Below, piece after piece: positions 7,915-17,223 of a DNA stretch of 64,000 bases. Source of the DNA: an uncultured Acidimicrobiales bacterium. Its GTDB lineage: Bacteria > Actinomycetota > Acidimicrobiia > Acidimicrobiales > CATQHL01. The stretch spans positions 1,572 through 65,571 of the forward strand of contig OY282384.1 in assembly GCA_958295925.1 (NCBI GenBank), read 5' to 3'. A program made the translations under genes and the position numbers. The first letter of the stretch is position 1. Every line of letters begins with the position of its first letter. The notes beneath the pieces were generated by a model. That model was not told the origin of the DNA, did no database searches, and saw only the letters and a list, made by a program, of their open reading frames with translations.

Positions 7915-9504
7915 ATGTTCGTAGAACAGCCACCCCAAGACAGCCGAAGCGCCCCGCGGACCGAAACCCGGCCCCCGAGGCAGAAGAACCCCCAGAAGGG
8001 CCAGCAACCCGACATCAAGCGCGGCCAGCAGATGCCCTTCCCCAAGAAGTTCCCCCGCACCATCGAGCTGACCGGAGATCTGACCACCAGACTGACCCTC
8101 AGCCTGGCCCTCACGGTCCGCCTGTACCGCAGCGTCAATCCCAACGGCATCGACCTGGTCATCGCCGAGGTTGAATCCATCCAAGAATCGGTCCACGGCG
8201 ACAGCGAGGAGCAGGCCATCGACCGGCTGCGCCTGCATCTGGCCGAGCTGTACCACACGCTGAACGACAGCCAGCACCTGCTGGGCGCCGCCCAGGAGCG
8301 CACCCGACTGACGTTGAACGGCTACATCGCAGTCAAGCAAAGGACCGCGCCACCGGCGCCACCGGCCCCCGAAGCAGCGCAAACCGCAGCACCAGCTGGA
8401 GAGAGCGAGAAGAAGAAGAGTAGCGCCGGAGCCCTATGGATAATCGCCCTCCTGCTCATTGCAGGCGGCGGCGGCGGATACTGGGGCTTCCTCGAATACA
8501 TGATCGTGATCGAAGCCAACCGGGCGTACGCGGCTAACTACGTTGCCGTCCAGCGGCACGTCAAGAACATGGAAGCAACCCAGGCCGCGTACCATTCAGA
8601 AATAGCGGCAAGCCACGCCGCATACGAGAACCTGCGAGGCAAGCACAACTCACTCGTCGGCGAATTCAACGTCCTCGCTGGAGACTACAACCAGCTGCAC
8701 GAAGAGTACAACACGCTGACCAACAGCTTCAACAGCATGGTCGGATACCGTAGCGGCACCAGCAGCCAAGGCCGCCACACCACCAGAGTGACCACCTATA
8801 AAGGAGCCGAAGTAGACATAACCGTCGAAGGGTTCAACAACAACCAGAAGCGGTTCTGGGAACTCCGGGACGCCATCAACGGCCTGGAAGGCTTGCTCAA
8901 CAAGCCTTATCCTACCCCGGCAGTAACGATGTCAGCCGTCCACGCATTCCAAGAGGACAACAGCATTTGCGGAGTGCATTCCAGGCAGTGGCAAACGACC
9001 TACTCGGGCCACTACCACATTATGCCTTCCCACATCCAGGTCGCCACCAACCAGGACTGCAGCGATACCATCTCCGGGACCATCATCCACGAAGCAGCCC
9101 ACGGCTTCTTCACGAATAAAGGCAGCGACTTCAACCATCCCGACTGGACCGAGGAGGGACTAGTGGAAGACCTCGTCTTCCAGCTACTGCCGTCAGACCG
9201 GCAGAGCACACGCTGCCCTTACCATCGGAACCTCCACGAGCTGGAGCAAGCAATGCTGGGCACCAACTTCGCGGGGGAATGCGCCTACAACCTGGGCACC
9301 GGGCTCTACCGAGAACTACGCCACCATTACGGCGACACCGCCTTCAACCGAATGGCCGCCAGCTTGGCCATAAGGCGAAGCGGATGGGAGAGCGCACTCG
9401 AAGCGCGAGACGTCCACGACATCGCCAACATCTTCGCCCGCAACGACCAGGCAGCCGCCGAGATCATCGGCAAATGGTACTACGGCAACCCCAACCGCCA
9501 TTAA
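7915..9504 (+). CDS. membrane-anchored coiled-coil protein with C-terminal HExxH (Peptidase_MA-like) domain, copy 1
   Basis: GAAGGAGG SD; TM ALWIIALLLIAGGGGGYWGF; heptad-like N/Y-rich repeats; TIIHEAAHGFF..DWTEEGLVE; C-terminal domain paralogous to 13055..14764. Confidence 0.7.
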   Translation: MFVEQPPQDSRSAPRTETRPPRQKNPQKGQQPDIKRGQQMPFPKKFPRTIELTGDLTTRLTLSLALTVRLYRSVNPNGIDLVIAEVESIQESVHGDSEEQAIDRLRLHLAELYHTLNDSQHLLGAAQERTRLTLNGYIAVKQRTAPPAPPAPEAAQTAAPAGESEKKKSSAGALWIIALLLIAGGGGGYWGFLEYMIVIEANRAYAANYVAVQRHVKNMEATQAAYHSEIAASHAAYENLRGKHNSLVGEFNVLAGDYNQLHEEYNTLTNSFNSMVGYRSGTSSQGRHTTRVTTYKGAEVDITVEGFNNNQKRFWELRDAINGLEGLLNKPYPTPAVTMSAVHAFQEDNSICGVHSRQWQTTYSGHYHIMPSHIQVATNQDCSDTISGTIIHEAAHGFFTNKGSDFNHPDWTEEGLVEDLVFQLLPSDRQSTRCPYHRNLHELEQAMLGTNFAGECAYNLGTGLYRELRHHYGDTAFNRMAASLAIRRSGWESALEARDVHDIANIFARNDQAAAEIIGKWYYGNPNRH

Positions 9505-9516
9505 CCTGCCCGCAGA

Positions 9517-9584
9517 GGGCAAAGAAGAAAAGGAGGTAATTACCGTGGGAAGAACCCTCAGATTCTAGCTGATATTCTTTGCCC
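9517..9584 (+). promoter_or_regulatory. hairpin enclosing an SD and a 7-codon mini-ORF
   Basis: GGGCAAAGAA 9517-9526 / TTCTTTGCCC 9575-9584; inside it AGGAGG 9531-9536 + 8 nt + GTG 9545 (MGRTLRF, TAG 9566-9568). Confidence 0.4.
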
Positions 9585-9749
9585 TCACCCTAGCAACAGT
9601 GAACATCACGAGTTGAATATCACGAGGCGAAGCCAGCACGGAGCTGCTGGAAGAGCAGGGAGTAGCCCCCACCACACAAGCCATCCCAAGCCACTAGGCA
9701 CCCGGAGACCCATTGACCCCAATCCCAACAATCGAAGGAGGTAGAAAAG

Positions 9750-10058
9750 ATGAAGAGACTTGCCATAGGCATAGCAATGCTGGTCATCAGCACGAGCCTA
9801 GCCTGCGGGACCATAACCGGCCCTTGGCTATCCAGCTACGACTGCCACGAATTAGCCGAAATGGCGGTGGAGCTGTCGGCTGAGAAGAACACAAACCCCA
9901 GGGTCAGGAGTATCAGCAGAGTCAGCGAGACCTACCGGAGCAGCCACCAAGTGGAATGCGCCGGGGAGGCGCACCTTTCCTCGGGATATACCAGAGACAT
10001 CATCGTCCACGCAGAAAAGAAGGGAGACAGCCTACAGTACGGCTACCGCAGTAAGTAG
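9750..10058 (+). CDS. small lipoprotein
   Basis: GAAGGAGG SD; MKRLAIGIAMLVISTSLAC = signal peptide with lipobox (SLAC). Confidence 0.65.
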   Translation: MKRLAIGIAMLVISTSLACGTITGPWLSSYDCHELAEMAVELSAEKNTNPRVRSISRVSETYRSSHQVECAGEAHLSSGYTRDIIVHAEKKGDSLQYGYRSK

Positions 10059-10095
10059 TTAACCCCATGACCTAAAATCGAAGGAGGTGAGAACA

Positions 10096-10962
10096 ATGTG
10101 GAGGTTAAAAACCATCCTACCCTGGTCGCTGGCCGCAGCAGCCATAATGGTGGCCGCCTACACGACCCACCAATACACCCAGGCAGTGGAAGCCCGCACG
10201 GACTACCACCAGGCCAACCTGAAGTGGAAGCAAGCCTATAACGAACTGCTGGGCGACTACAACGGCATCGTCCGCCAGTTCAACCGGCAGCACGCCAACA
10301 AAGGCGTCCTCGAAGATGGCTACCAGAGCCAACTGACCCGGAAGGAAGCCCTGGAAAAGGAATTGGAAACTCTGACCACCCAGAACGTCAAGCTAACCAG
10401 CGAGGTCGAAAGCATCCAGCAGAGGAACCGAAACCTGACGCAGCGGCTACAGGGCGCAGAATCCGACCTGAGCAGCCTCCGGCAGGTAATAGACCGCCTG
10501 CAGAAGACAAAGGCGCCGGCCAGGGAGAGCACAGTGAGCCTAGCCCAGTACGAACGCCTCCAAAAGCGTTACGACACCAAGTCGCGAGAGCTCACAGCCC
10601 TGGAGAAGAAATACAACCAGGTCCGCTGGCAAAGGACGAGCACTCCCACGCAGGGAGTCGCTACTGCCACGCACAACACGCTGGTACGGGAACACGAGGA
10701 GCTAAAGCGGTCCTACAACGGGCTATTAAGCCAATTCAAAGGACTCAAGAGCTACGCCATACTCCTGCAAGCGGACAACCGAGAGCTGCAGGCCAACGGA
10801 AACCGGCGAAGAGCAGCAACGGCCCTTTGGGACATAGCCTTCCAAGCCGTTGGCCCCGCCCTAGCGGACATCGCTTGCGCCCACTTCGGTGCATCTCCGG
10901 GAATATGCAGCAGCATAGTCCACAAAATAGGAGAGAAGCTCATCGACGCGTGGAGCAACTGA
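10096..10962 (+). CDS. N-terminally anchored coiled-coil protein
   Basis: AAGGAGGTGAGAACA then ATG 10096; TM LPWSLAAAAIMVAAY, then long heptad-like region (LEKELETLTTQNVKLTSEVESIQQRNRNL). Confidence 0.65.
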   Translation: MWRLKTILPWSLAAAAIMVAAYTTHQYTQAVEARTDYHQANLKWKQAYNELLGDYNGIVRQFNRQHANKGVLEDGYQSQLTRKEALEKELETLTTQNVKLTSEVESIQQRNRNLTQRLQGAESDLSSLRQVIDRLQKTKAPARESTVSLAQYERLQKRYDTKSRELTALEKKYNQVRWQRTSTPTQGVATATHNTLVREHEELKRSYNGLLSQFKGLKSYAILLQADNRELQANGNRRRAATALWDIAFQAVGPALADIACAHFGASPGICSSIVHKIGEKLIDAWSN

Positions 10963-11084
10963 ACTAAAGAAGGTGAGCCACCCGCCTACGGGACACCCCA
11001 AGGCGGGCGTAAACCGCAAGTCTGGTGGCAAGCCCAGACTGAAGAACCAACCCCTACCAGGGCAGAACGAGGAGAATAACCACA

Positions 11085-11249
11085 ATGAAGCAAGTAAAGC
11101 AAAACCTGCTGAACACCGCCATCGGCGCCGTCTTCGGAGTATTCCTGGGAATCGCAGTCATCGGGCTGACATACGACGACCAGGCGCCGACCAAGGCAGA
11201 CTACGAAAAGCTGGAGTCCAGAATAACCACCCTGGAACAGCAGAACTAG
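11085..11249 (+). CDS. small single-pass membrane protein (54 aa)
   Basis: GAGGAG SD, ATG 11085; MKQVKQNLLNTAIGAVFGVFLGIAVIGLTYDD..; TAG 11247-11249; below track cutoff. Confidence 0.5.
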   Translation: MKQVKQNLLNTAIGAVFGVFLGIAVIGLTYDDQAPTKADYEKLESRITTLEQQN

Positions 11250-11285
11250 CCGGCAGCCGATCAGAGGAGAAAAGAGAGGCCGACC

Positions 11286-12365
11286 ATGCCATTGACCACC
11301 CCAGGAGCCGACCCCAAGGCCGTAGAGCTAAACCAGTACCTGCAAGCCCTGCACCCATCCCCAGCCATGATATTATTCGGCGCCCACGCCCGAGGCGACC
11401 ACCGCCCCGGCCAGACCTGGATCCACGTCGTCATCTACGACGGCCTGCGCCGGCCGCAGGACCGCTGGGCCCTGGACGAGCAGAGTGAGGCCAAAGCCGA
11501 AGAACTATACGGCCACACCCAGCGCGTCTGGCTGCACGACTACCAACCCGAACGCTGGGCGGAGGAACGCCGCTTCTGGAACTCCACCGCCAGCAACGCC
11601 TACCACGAAGGCATCTTCGTTCCGCCACCGACCGAACCGACCGCCGGCCAGGACCTCCTGACCCCCGACCTACAGGAACGACTGCGACAGACGGTCGCCA
11701 TCGCCGGCCCGGTGGAACAACTCTACGACTGGACCAGGTTCGACGACCACCTGAGACACGCCGAAAAATTAGGCCGCTGGCTACGGAAGAAGCCCCGCGA
11801 GGCCCGCCTCCCGTTGAACAATTCCACGGAAGACCAGGAAGCGCGAGCCGGAGACGCCCAGCTCTACCCCGAAGCCCACGCGATAATCAAGAACATGATG
11901 CGGGGCCACGCCGTGCGCGCCGACGCCGCCCTGGGCCACTGGGCCGCCGAAATGGTCAGCCAAGCCCTCAGAGCCCGCGCCCTGGCCGCCGGCTACCACT
12001 ACGACGCCCACCCCATGAGCAACCGCGGGCACAGCTTGCCTATACTCACCACCGCCTGGGAGGTGGACTGGGACTTCCCAGGAATTACATGGCCCATCCC
12101 GGCCCGGATCTACGACCAGTACGTGGAACACGAAGGCGGCGACCTGGCGGAAAGGCTGACCGACCAGCCGTATTGGGAACGCGCCACCATGCAGCTGGTC
12201 AAAGAACTACTCCAAGCCGCGAAACAAGACCGCGCCTACCACGAACCCCGCGGCGGCCCGCCCAAGGCGAACTATCTTTATCGAACACCCCAGGCCCTGG
12301 CGGAGCGAAGTCGCTACGGCGAGATTCCAGCGTTCCCCGCTGCTTTTCCCGGTTCGCGGCGGTAA
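11286..12365 (+). CDS. nucleotidyltransferase-like + HEPN-like fusion protein
   Basis: MILFGAHARGDHRPGQTWIHVVIY resembles the MNT motif LFGSxARGD..DxD (DxD not conserved); C-terminal half has AAGYHYDAHPMSNRGHSLPIL resembling the HEPN (PF05168-type) helix. Confidence 0.5.
   Translation: MPLTTPGADPKAVELNQYLQALHPSPAMILFGAHARGDHRPGQTWIHVVIYDGLRRPQDRWALDEQSEAKAEELYGHTQRVWLHDYQPERWAEERRFWNSTASNAYHEGIFVPPPTEPTAGQDLLTPDLQERLRQTVAIAGPVEQLYDWTRFDDHLRHAEKLGRWLRKKPREARLPLNNSTEDQEARAGDAQLYPEAHAIIKNMMRGHAVRADAALGHWAAEMVSQALRARALAAGYHYDAHPMSNRGHSLPILTTAWEVDWDFPGITWPIPARIYDQYVEHEGGDLAERLTDQPYWERATMQLVKELLQAAKQDRAYHEPRGGPPKANYLYRTPQALAERSRYGEIPAFPAAFPGSRR
12344..12362 (+). repeat. intergenic TTTCCCGGTT element, copy overlapping a gene end
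   Basis: cagcgttccccgctg hairpin then cttttcccggttcgcggcgg; overlaps the last codons of 11286..12365. Confidence 0.5.
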
Positions 12366-12471
12366 GTCTTCCGTGGCTTCCCTTCATTGCCGGCGTGATT
12401 GCCGTTATGATTGCGTCAACTGGAAAACGCGGAGAACTACCGACATTCTTCATAGAAAGGAGCAATGCATC

Positions 12472-12876
12472 ATGAGCGACGACACCAATACCAGCAACGG
12501 CAACAGCAGCCGCACGGCCGTCCTGGCCCAGCCCAGCGCCCCGCTGGACGACCGCCTGGCCGACCAGCCCCGCCCCGACGCCATCGTCAACCTGGACTTC
12601 ACCGCAGTGAAGGAGAACCGAGGCGACCACTGGGCCGCCTATATCGACCCCACCGGGACCACCGTCTACGCCGACGACGAGGCCGCCCTGGACGCCCGCG
12701 TGGAGCAATTCATCAGCCTCTTCCTGAGCGTCGCCCCCGACGTCATGGGCTATCTGCACGCCCACCACGTGCCCCATACGGTGGAGTACGACGGCCATCA
12801 AGTAAACCCGCTGGCCCAGCGGTACCCGACGACGGTTATCATACCCGGCGCCCCGCCAGTGACTGACGCCGCCTAG
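12472..12876 (+). CDS. hypothetical protein, possibly HicB/UPF0150-like fold
   Basis: AAAGGAG SD, ATG 12472; DHWAAYIDPTGTTVYADDEAALDARVEQFISLFL resembles the HicB N-terminal pattern (weak). Confidence 0.5.
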   Translation: MSDDTNTSNGNSSRTAVLAQPSAPLDDRLADQPRPDAIVNLDFTAVKENRGDHWAAYIDPTGTTVYADDEAALDARVEQFISLFLSVAPDVMGYLHAHHVPHTVEYDGHQVNPLAQRYPTTVIIPGAPPVTDAA

Positions 12877-12906
12877 CGGTTAAACACTGCAACCACGGAA
12901 CCCCAC

Positions 12907-12958
12907 AGCCCACCGGGCTTGGCCTTCATTGGCCGAACCCGGTGGGCTTAAATTTTTA
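12907..12958 (+). terminator. rho-independent terminator
   Basis: AGCCCACCGGG / CCCGGTGGGCT 11-bp stem, then TAAATTTTT. Confidence 0.75.
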
Positions 12959-13054
12959 CGCTGCCCCGCAGCCGGTTCCCATCCGAAACCCCGTGGAAGG
13001 AGAAGCGAACCCGGGAGCATAAAGGCAGCTACGCCTATTTAGGAGGTGAGAACC

Positions 13055-14764
13055 ATGACCGCCGCACGCCCGCGCCGCCGGCTCACGCCGGAACGCAGCC
13101 AACAGATACTCCAAGCTATGCAGGATAGCAAGAACCAAGCCAGCTACCAGCAGGAGCAGGAAGCCACCGAGGCCAGGAGCAGAGCCCAAGCATCGGCTCA
13201 GGCCGCCGCCCCGCCGGCGAAGCCCCGCACCCCGGGGCGAGGCGGCAAGTTCCTGCTTACCTCCGGCGTCGCCGCCGGCACCTGCGCCATAGTACTGGCC
13301 GGGTGGCTGACGCTGGCCAGCACCTTCGGTGGGAATGAACCGGAAAACTACGCGGCTATCGCCGACAACCCGTACTATGCCGCCGCAACGGCACCGCCCC
13401 AGGCCCCGGCCGCTGAGCTATGCCGCTACGGCGAGGAATGGGCTGCTTGCGCCGCGCCCACGCCGGAGACCACAGCACCCAGATACAGCGAACCGGAAAT
13501 GGGAAATCTGACCATCCACCCCGAGGTATGGAACGAAGGCATCATCACCGGTGAGTACCAGGCCGAGAGCCGTGCCCACAGCCCAGCACCGGACAACGAA
13601 CCTAAGCCGACCCAGGCAGAACCGGAAACGCCGGCAGAGGCAGCCCAGGCCCTTACATCCCTGGCCCAGGCTGAAACCGAAGACCCAGCCGCGCTGGAAA
13701 CGGCCGCAGAAGCCGCCCCAGAAGCCGCAGCGGAGACCACCCCGGTGGAGCTTCCCAGCAATGAGGGAACTACTCCAGAGACGACCCCGGAGTGGAACCC
13801 AGAGACCGATGCCAGCATCGACGTGACCCTGGTCACGGAAGTACCCGCCGAATGGCAAGAGCCTTTCACCGTCGCAGGCACGGCCGAAGAAACAGACAGC
13901 TATGCGCCGACCAGCGCCGTCAGCCAACCGGCCTACCTGGCCTACCTGGACCCCACAATGATAGAGGAGATCTTCGGCAACCCGGAGAAGAGGGACGGAG
14001 GAGAGGAGCCCCTATGCACCAAGGCCCAACCCGAGCACGTGGAAACACTGGTCACCAGCAAATCGGAAGTGGAGACCATCGTCACTGGGTTCCACTGCAA
14101 CCACAGCAGATACCTACAGCTAGGTAACGCCATTGCGCAGCTGGAAAGCATGCTCGGTAGAGCCTACCCTCTGAGCAAGACCGTTCTACTGAACACCCCC
14201 GCAGAGGGGCACGACACTTGCGGGTTCCTACCCCACCCAGACTACAATGTATATTCAGGCAACGTGGTTTGGGACAAGAGCACCATCGTGGTCCACACAA
14301 CCCGGCATGGAGCAGACACCAGCTGCGGAAGAATGGAAGCAACCATCATCCATGAGGTAGCGCACGCTTGGTTCCACGGAAACGAGCTCTGGTTCGATGA
14401 GGGAATGGCCGACCACTTGGAGCGCAAGCTCACCGAGACACGAGCCAGGCCGGTCTGCACCCAGTTCAAGAACCTAAAGGAGTTAGAACGAGCCCTCGAC
14501 GACGGAGAGGAAACCAGCAACTGCGAGTACTCCATGGGCGGCGCGCTCTTCGACGAGCTAGAAATGCACTTCCGGTCAAAGCGAGGAGCGAACTTCTACA
14601 CTCTGATGGGAGAACTAGCCCGCCAGACGGTCGAGAGCAGCAATCATGGCTGGCTGGACTACCGTAAAGGCAAAGCCAACCTCTGGATGGCAGATGGGAT
14701 GGATTCCAAGGCCCGCGAGATCATCGACAGATGGTGGGACGGAGACCCATACAAGCCCAGATAG
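13055..14764 (+). CDS. membrane-anchored protein with C-terminal HExxH (Peptidase_MA-like) domain, copy 2
   Basis: AGGAGGTGAGAACC then ATG 13055; TM FLLTSGVAAGTCAIVLAGWLTLA; acidic A/E/T/P linker; TIIHEVAHAWFHGNELWFDEGMADHLE. Confidence 0.7.
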   Translation: MTAARPRRRLTPERSQQILQAMQDSKNQASYQQEQEATEARSRAQASAQAAAPPAKPRTPGRGGKFLLTSGVAAGTCAIVLAGWLTLASTFGGNEPENYAAIADNPYYAAATAPPQAPAAELCRYGEEWAACAAPTPETTAPRYSEPEMGNLTIHPEVWNEGIITGEYQAESRAHSPAPDNEPKPTQAEPETPAEAAQALTSLAQAETEDPAALETAAEAAPEAAAETTPVELPSNEGTTPETTPEWNPETDASIDVTLVTEVPAEWQEPFTVAGTAEETDSYAPTSAVSQPAYLAYLDPTMIEEIFGNPEKRDGGEEPLCTKAQPEHVETLVTSKSEVETIVTGFHCNHSRYLQLGNAIAQLESMLGRAYPLSKTVLLNTPAEGHDTCGFLPHPDYNVYSGNVVWDKSTIVVHTTRHGADTSCGRMEATIIHEVAHAWFHGNELWFDEGMADHLERKLTETRARPVCTQFKNLKELERALDDGEETSNCEYSMGGALFDELEMHFRSKRGANFYTLMGELARQTVESSNHGWLDYRKGKANLWMADGMDSKAREIIDRWWDGDPYKPR

Positions 14765-14795
14765 GAAACTACACCCCGAAGACGGGGAGGAGAAT

Positions 14796-15488
14796 ATGCA
14801 TGAATTCATCGGCACGATAGGAACAGTTGCCGGCGCCGCACTGAGCGGCGCCGGCATCGTATATCTCCACAGGATCACCAGAGCCCTCCGCCCCGAGACC
14901 AACGAGTACTCGCTGACGCTAAGCGACGGAGAGGGAGAGTTCAAGGACCCCGCGAAGGTATTAGACTTGATCAACGGGATCAAGCCGGATACCGGATACC
15001 ATCCCATATGGAAGGGCAAGCTGCCCAGGCACGACGACACCTGGCTGGGGACGAGGACGGCCAACCAGCCGTTCCATTTCACCCTGAAAGCCGATGGGAG
15101 GGAAGTACAAGGGAGGCTCCGCCTGGAGGTAAGTGAGCACATTCGGCAAGAAGAGGCTCACCACCGGACCATGCCTGCCAACCTTCGAACGAACCTTCCG
15201 TTATCCGAAAGGACAGATTGGGATTACGTCCAACTATCCTTCAAGCCCGAACCAACGGGAAAGAATACTCCACCCAGCGCGGACGAAGTCCACTTCGCCA
15301 TCCCCATCACCTACAAGTTTCGCAGGAAGCATTACGCCCGACAGTGGAAGAAGGCGGAACGGAACACCAAGCGGCGGAATCTATTAGCAAGATTATGCCC
15401 CCGCTGCATACACACGCGGGAGTCGGAGATCACCAGGGAGCTCCGGGCCGCGGAACTGGAAGCCGAAAAGGAGGAGTTCCAGAACTGA
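14796..15488 (+). CDS. N-terminally anchored hypothetical protein
   Basis: GGGGAGGAG SD, ATG 14796; MHEFIGTIGTVAGAALSGAGIVYL TM; C-terminal CPRC. Confidence 0.55.
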   Translation: MHEFIGTIGTVAGAALSGAGIVYLHRITRALRPETNEYSLTLSDGEGEFKDPAKVLDLINGIKPDTGYHPIWKGKLPRHDDTWLGTRTANQPFHFTLKADGREVQGRLRLEVSEHIRQEEAHHRTMPANLRTNLPLSERTDWDYVQLSFKPEPTGKNTPPSADEVHFAIPITYKFRRKHYARQWKKAERNTKRRNLLARLCPRCIHTRESEITRELRAAELEAEKEEFQN

Positions 15489-15575
15489 ACGGAACCAGTA
15501 TGGCCGGAGCAACAGGACACACGCCCCGCCGGACGGAAGAGCCGGGAGACTACCAAAAACGAACCCACCCAATGG

Positions 15576-15581
15576 TAGAAT
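15576..15581 (+). promoter_or_regulatory. candidate extended -10 (TGGTAGAAT) giving a leaderless dcm mRNA
   Basis: TAGAAT 15576-15581 preceded by TGG; ATG 15589 is 7 nt downstream and has no SD, unlike nearly all other genes here. Confidence 0.35.
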
Positions 15582-15588
15582 AGAGAAG

Positions 15589-16842
15589 ATGAAGAAAGAA
15601 AATGAACCGAAATTCCTTGCCGTGGACTTTTACTGCGGCGCCGGCGGAACCACCCGCGGGCTGAGCGACGCCGGTGGATACGTGATCGCCGGCGTAGACA
15701 AGGACCCGGCCTGCCGCCGCACCTACCAGGAGAACAACCCCAACTGGACACTCGACCGGGGAACCCCCGAATACCTAGAGATGGACATGTTCCCAGCAGC
15801 CCCAGACCATCCCGAGGGCCAGCAGGACGAAATCATGTCCGAACTCAACCGGCTACTCGGCCCAGCCAAAGAGAATCATCCGCAGCTCCCCCTGCTTTTC
15901 GCCATCTGCGCCCCGTGCCAATCCTTCACAAAGTATCCGCAGCCGCACATGTCGGAAGGGAGAACGCGGGCCCGGGCGACAGACAGCAGCCTGATCGCCC
16001 AGTCCCTGCCCTTCATCGAACGGTTCAAGCCCGAGATGATACTCTGCGAGAACGTAGCCGGCATCGAAAAGAGCAGGTACGCCGCAGTCTGGACCGACTT
16101 CATCGAGCAGCTAAAAGAGAAAGGGTACCGAGTGGGAACCAGCACCGTGTGCGCCGCCGACCACGGCGTCCCGCAGAACCGCAAGCGCTCCATCATAATG
16201 GCCGTCAAACGCAAAGACGGCGACGAGGCGAAGAACGAACCCATCGCAATGCCGCAGCCAACCGGAGAAGGCCGAAAGCCGACGGTGGCTGACGCCATAT
16301 CACACCTGCCGGCACTGCAAGCCGGGGAGAAAGACGAGAAACTAAGCAACCATGCGTGCCTGAACCTCTCGGAGACGAACAAGAGCCGACTACGCGCCCT
16401 CGCGCCCGGACAGCCGAACCACCTGCTCCCCGACGAACTGGCGCTCCCCTGCCACCGCCGGCTAGAGAAGAAAGGGAGAAAAGGATTCGAGGATCCCTAC
16501 ACCCGCCTGCGGCCGGACCGCCCGGCCCCGACGATAACGACGCGGTTCAACAGCGTGTCCAACGGGAGATTCGGACATTACGACCCGGAGCAGACGAGGG
16601 GACTATCCCTGCTGGAAGGAGCGCTGCTCCAATCCTTCCCAGAAGGATACCGGTTCCGCGGAGGAAGTGCGGAGACCGTCGCCCGGATGATCGGAAACTC
16701 AGTCCCGCCGAAGCTGGCAGCCAGCATGGCGGAGCACCTATGCGCCGCGTACGGCAAGAACCCGTCCCAGGAGAACCCATACGACGCCTGCGAGGCGGAA
16801 CCAAGGAGGACGCAATGCCTGAAGAGGGAAAAGAGACCATAG
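15589..16842 (+). CDS. dcm: DNA (cytosine-5)-methyltransferase
   Basis: Motifs I FYCGAGG, IV CAPCQSFT, VI LCENVAGI, VIII QNRKR, X GNSVPP. Confidence 0.95.
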   Translation: MKKENEPKFLAVDFYCGAGGTTRGLSDAGGYVIAGVDKDPACRRTYQENNPNWTLDRGTPEYLEMDMFPAAPDHPEGQQDEIMSELNRLLGPAKENHPQLPLLFAICAPCQSFTKYPQPHMSEGRTRARATDSSLIAQSLPFIERFKPEMILCENVAGIEKSRYAAVWTDFIEQLKEKGYRVGTSTVCAADHGVPQNRKRSIIMAVKRKDGDEAKNEPIAMPQPTGEGRKPTVADAISHLPALQAGEKDEKLSNHACLNLSETNKSRLRALAPGQPNHLLPDELALPCHRRLEKKGRKGFEDPYTRLRPDRPAPTITTRFNSVSNGRFGHYDPEQTRGLSLLEGALLQSFPEGYRFRGGSAETVARMIGNSVPPKLAASMAEHLCAAYGKNPSQENPYDACEAEPRRTQCLKREKRP

Positions 16843-17210
16843 AAGAAGCCGCAGACAGAGCGGCGAAGCGGATCGAGGAGCCCCCTGGAGACGACGGCAT
16901 GGACGCCGTGCTGCTCCGCGCGTTGGACGGAGGCGCGCTGGTAGGAGCACTGTGGCGAAACGCCGCGGACCAGGAAGCCGGGGCCGAGCCCGGGAAAACC
17001 AAGGACGCGAAAGGGAAGGAGCAAGGAGTGACAGGGAACGAGAACGACAACGGGAAGAAGGCGTCGCTGCCCGCGAAGGGGCTGCAGGCCCTGCTGGACT
17101 TGGCGGAAGGGTACGTCAGCGAGAACGGAGCCGAAGCTGGACGAAGATACGCCGACCCGGCCGAGCTAGAGAAGGCGATGAGGAACGCCGCCACGGCCTT
17201 GAAACGATAA
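16815..17210 (+). CDS. acidic hypothetical protein in the dcm-vsr operon
   Basis: AAGGAGG 16803-16809, ATG 16815 overlapping the dcm 3-prime end by 28 nt; 131 aa. Confidence 0.5.
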   Translation: MPEEGKETIEEAADRAAKRIEEPPGDDGMDAVLLRALDGGALVGALWRNAADQEAGAEPGKTKDAKGKEQGVTGNENDNGKKASLPAKGLQALLDLAEGYVSENGAEAGRRYADPAELEKAMRNAATALKR

Positions 17211-17223
17211 CTGCGAGGACGGA

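Noticed and set aside
12700-12712. YADD in the 12472 protein, considered as a reverse-transcriptase motif (retron/DGR search)
   Set aside because: It occurs in a 134-aa protein with no other RT motifs, and no RT-sized ORF exists in the window.
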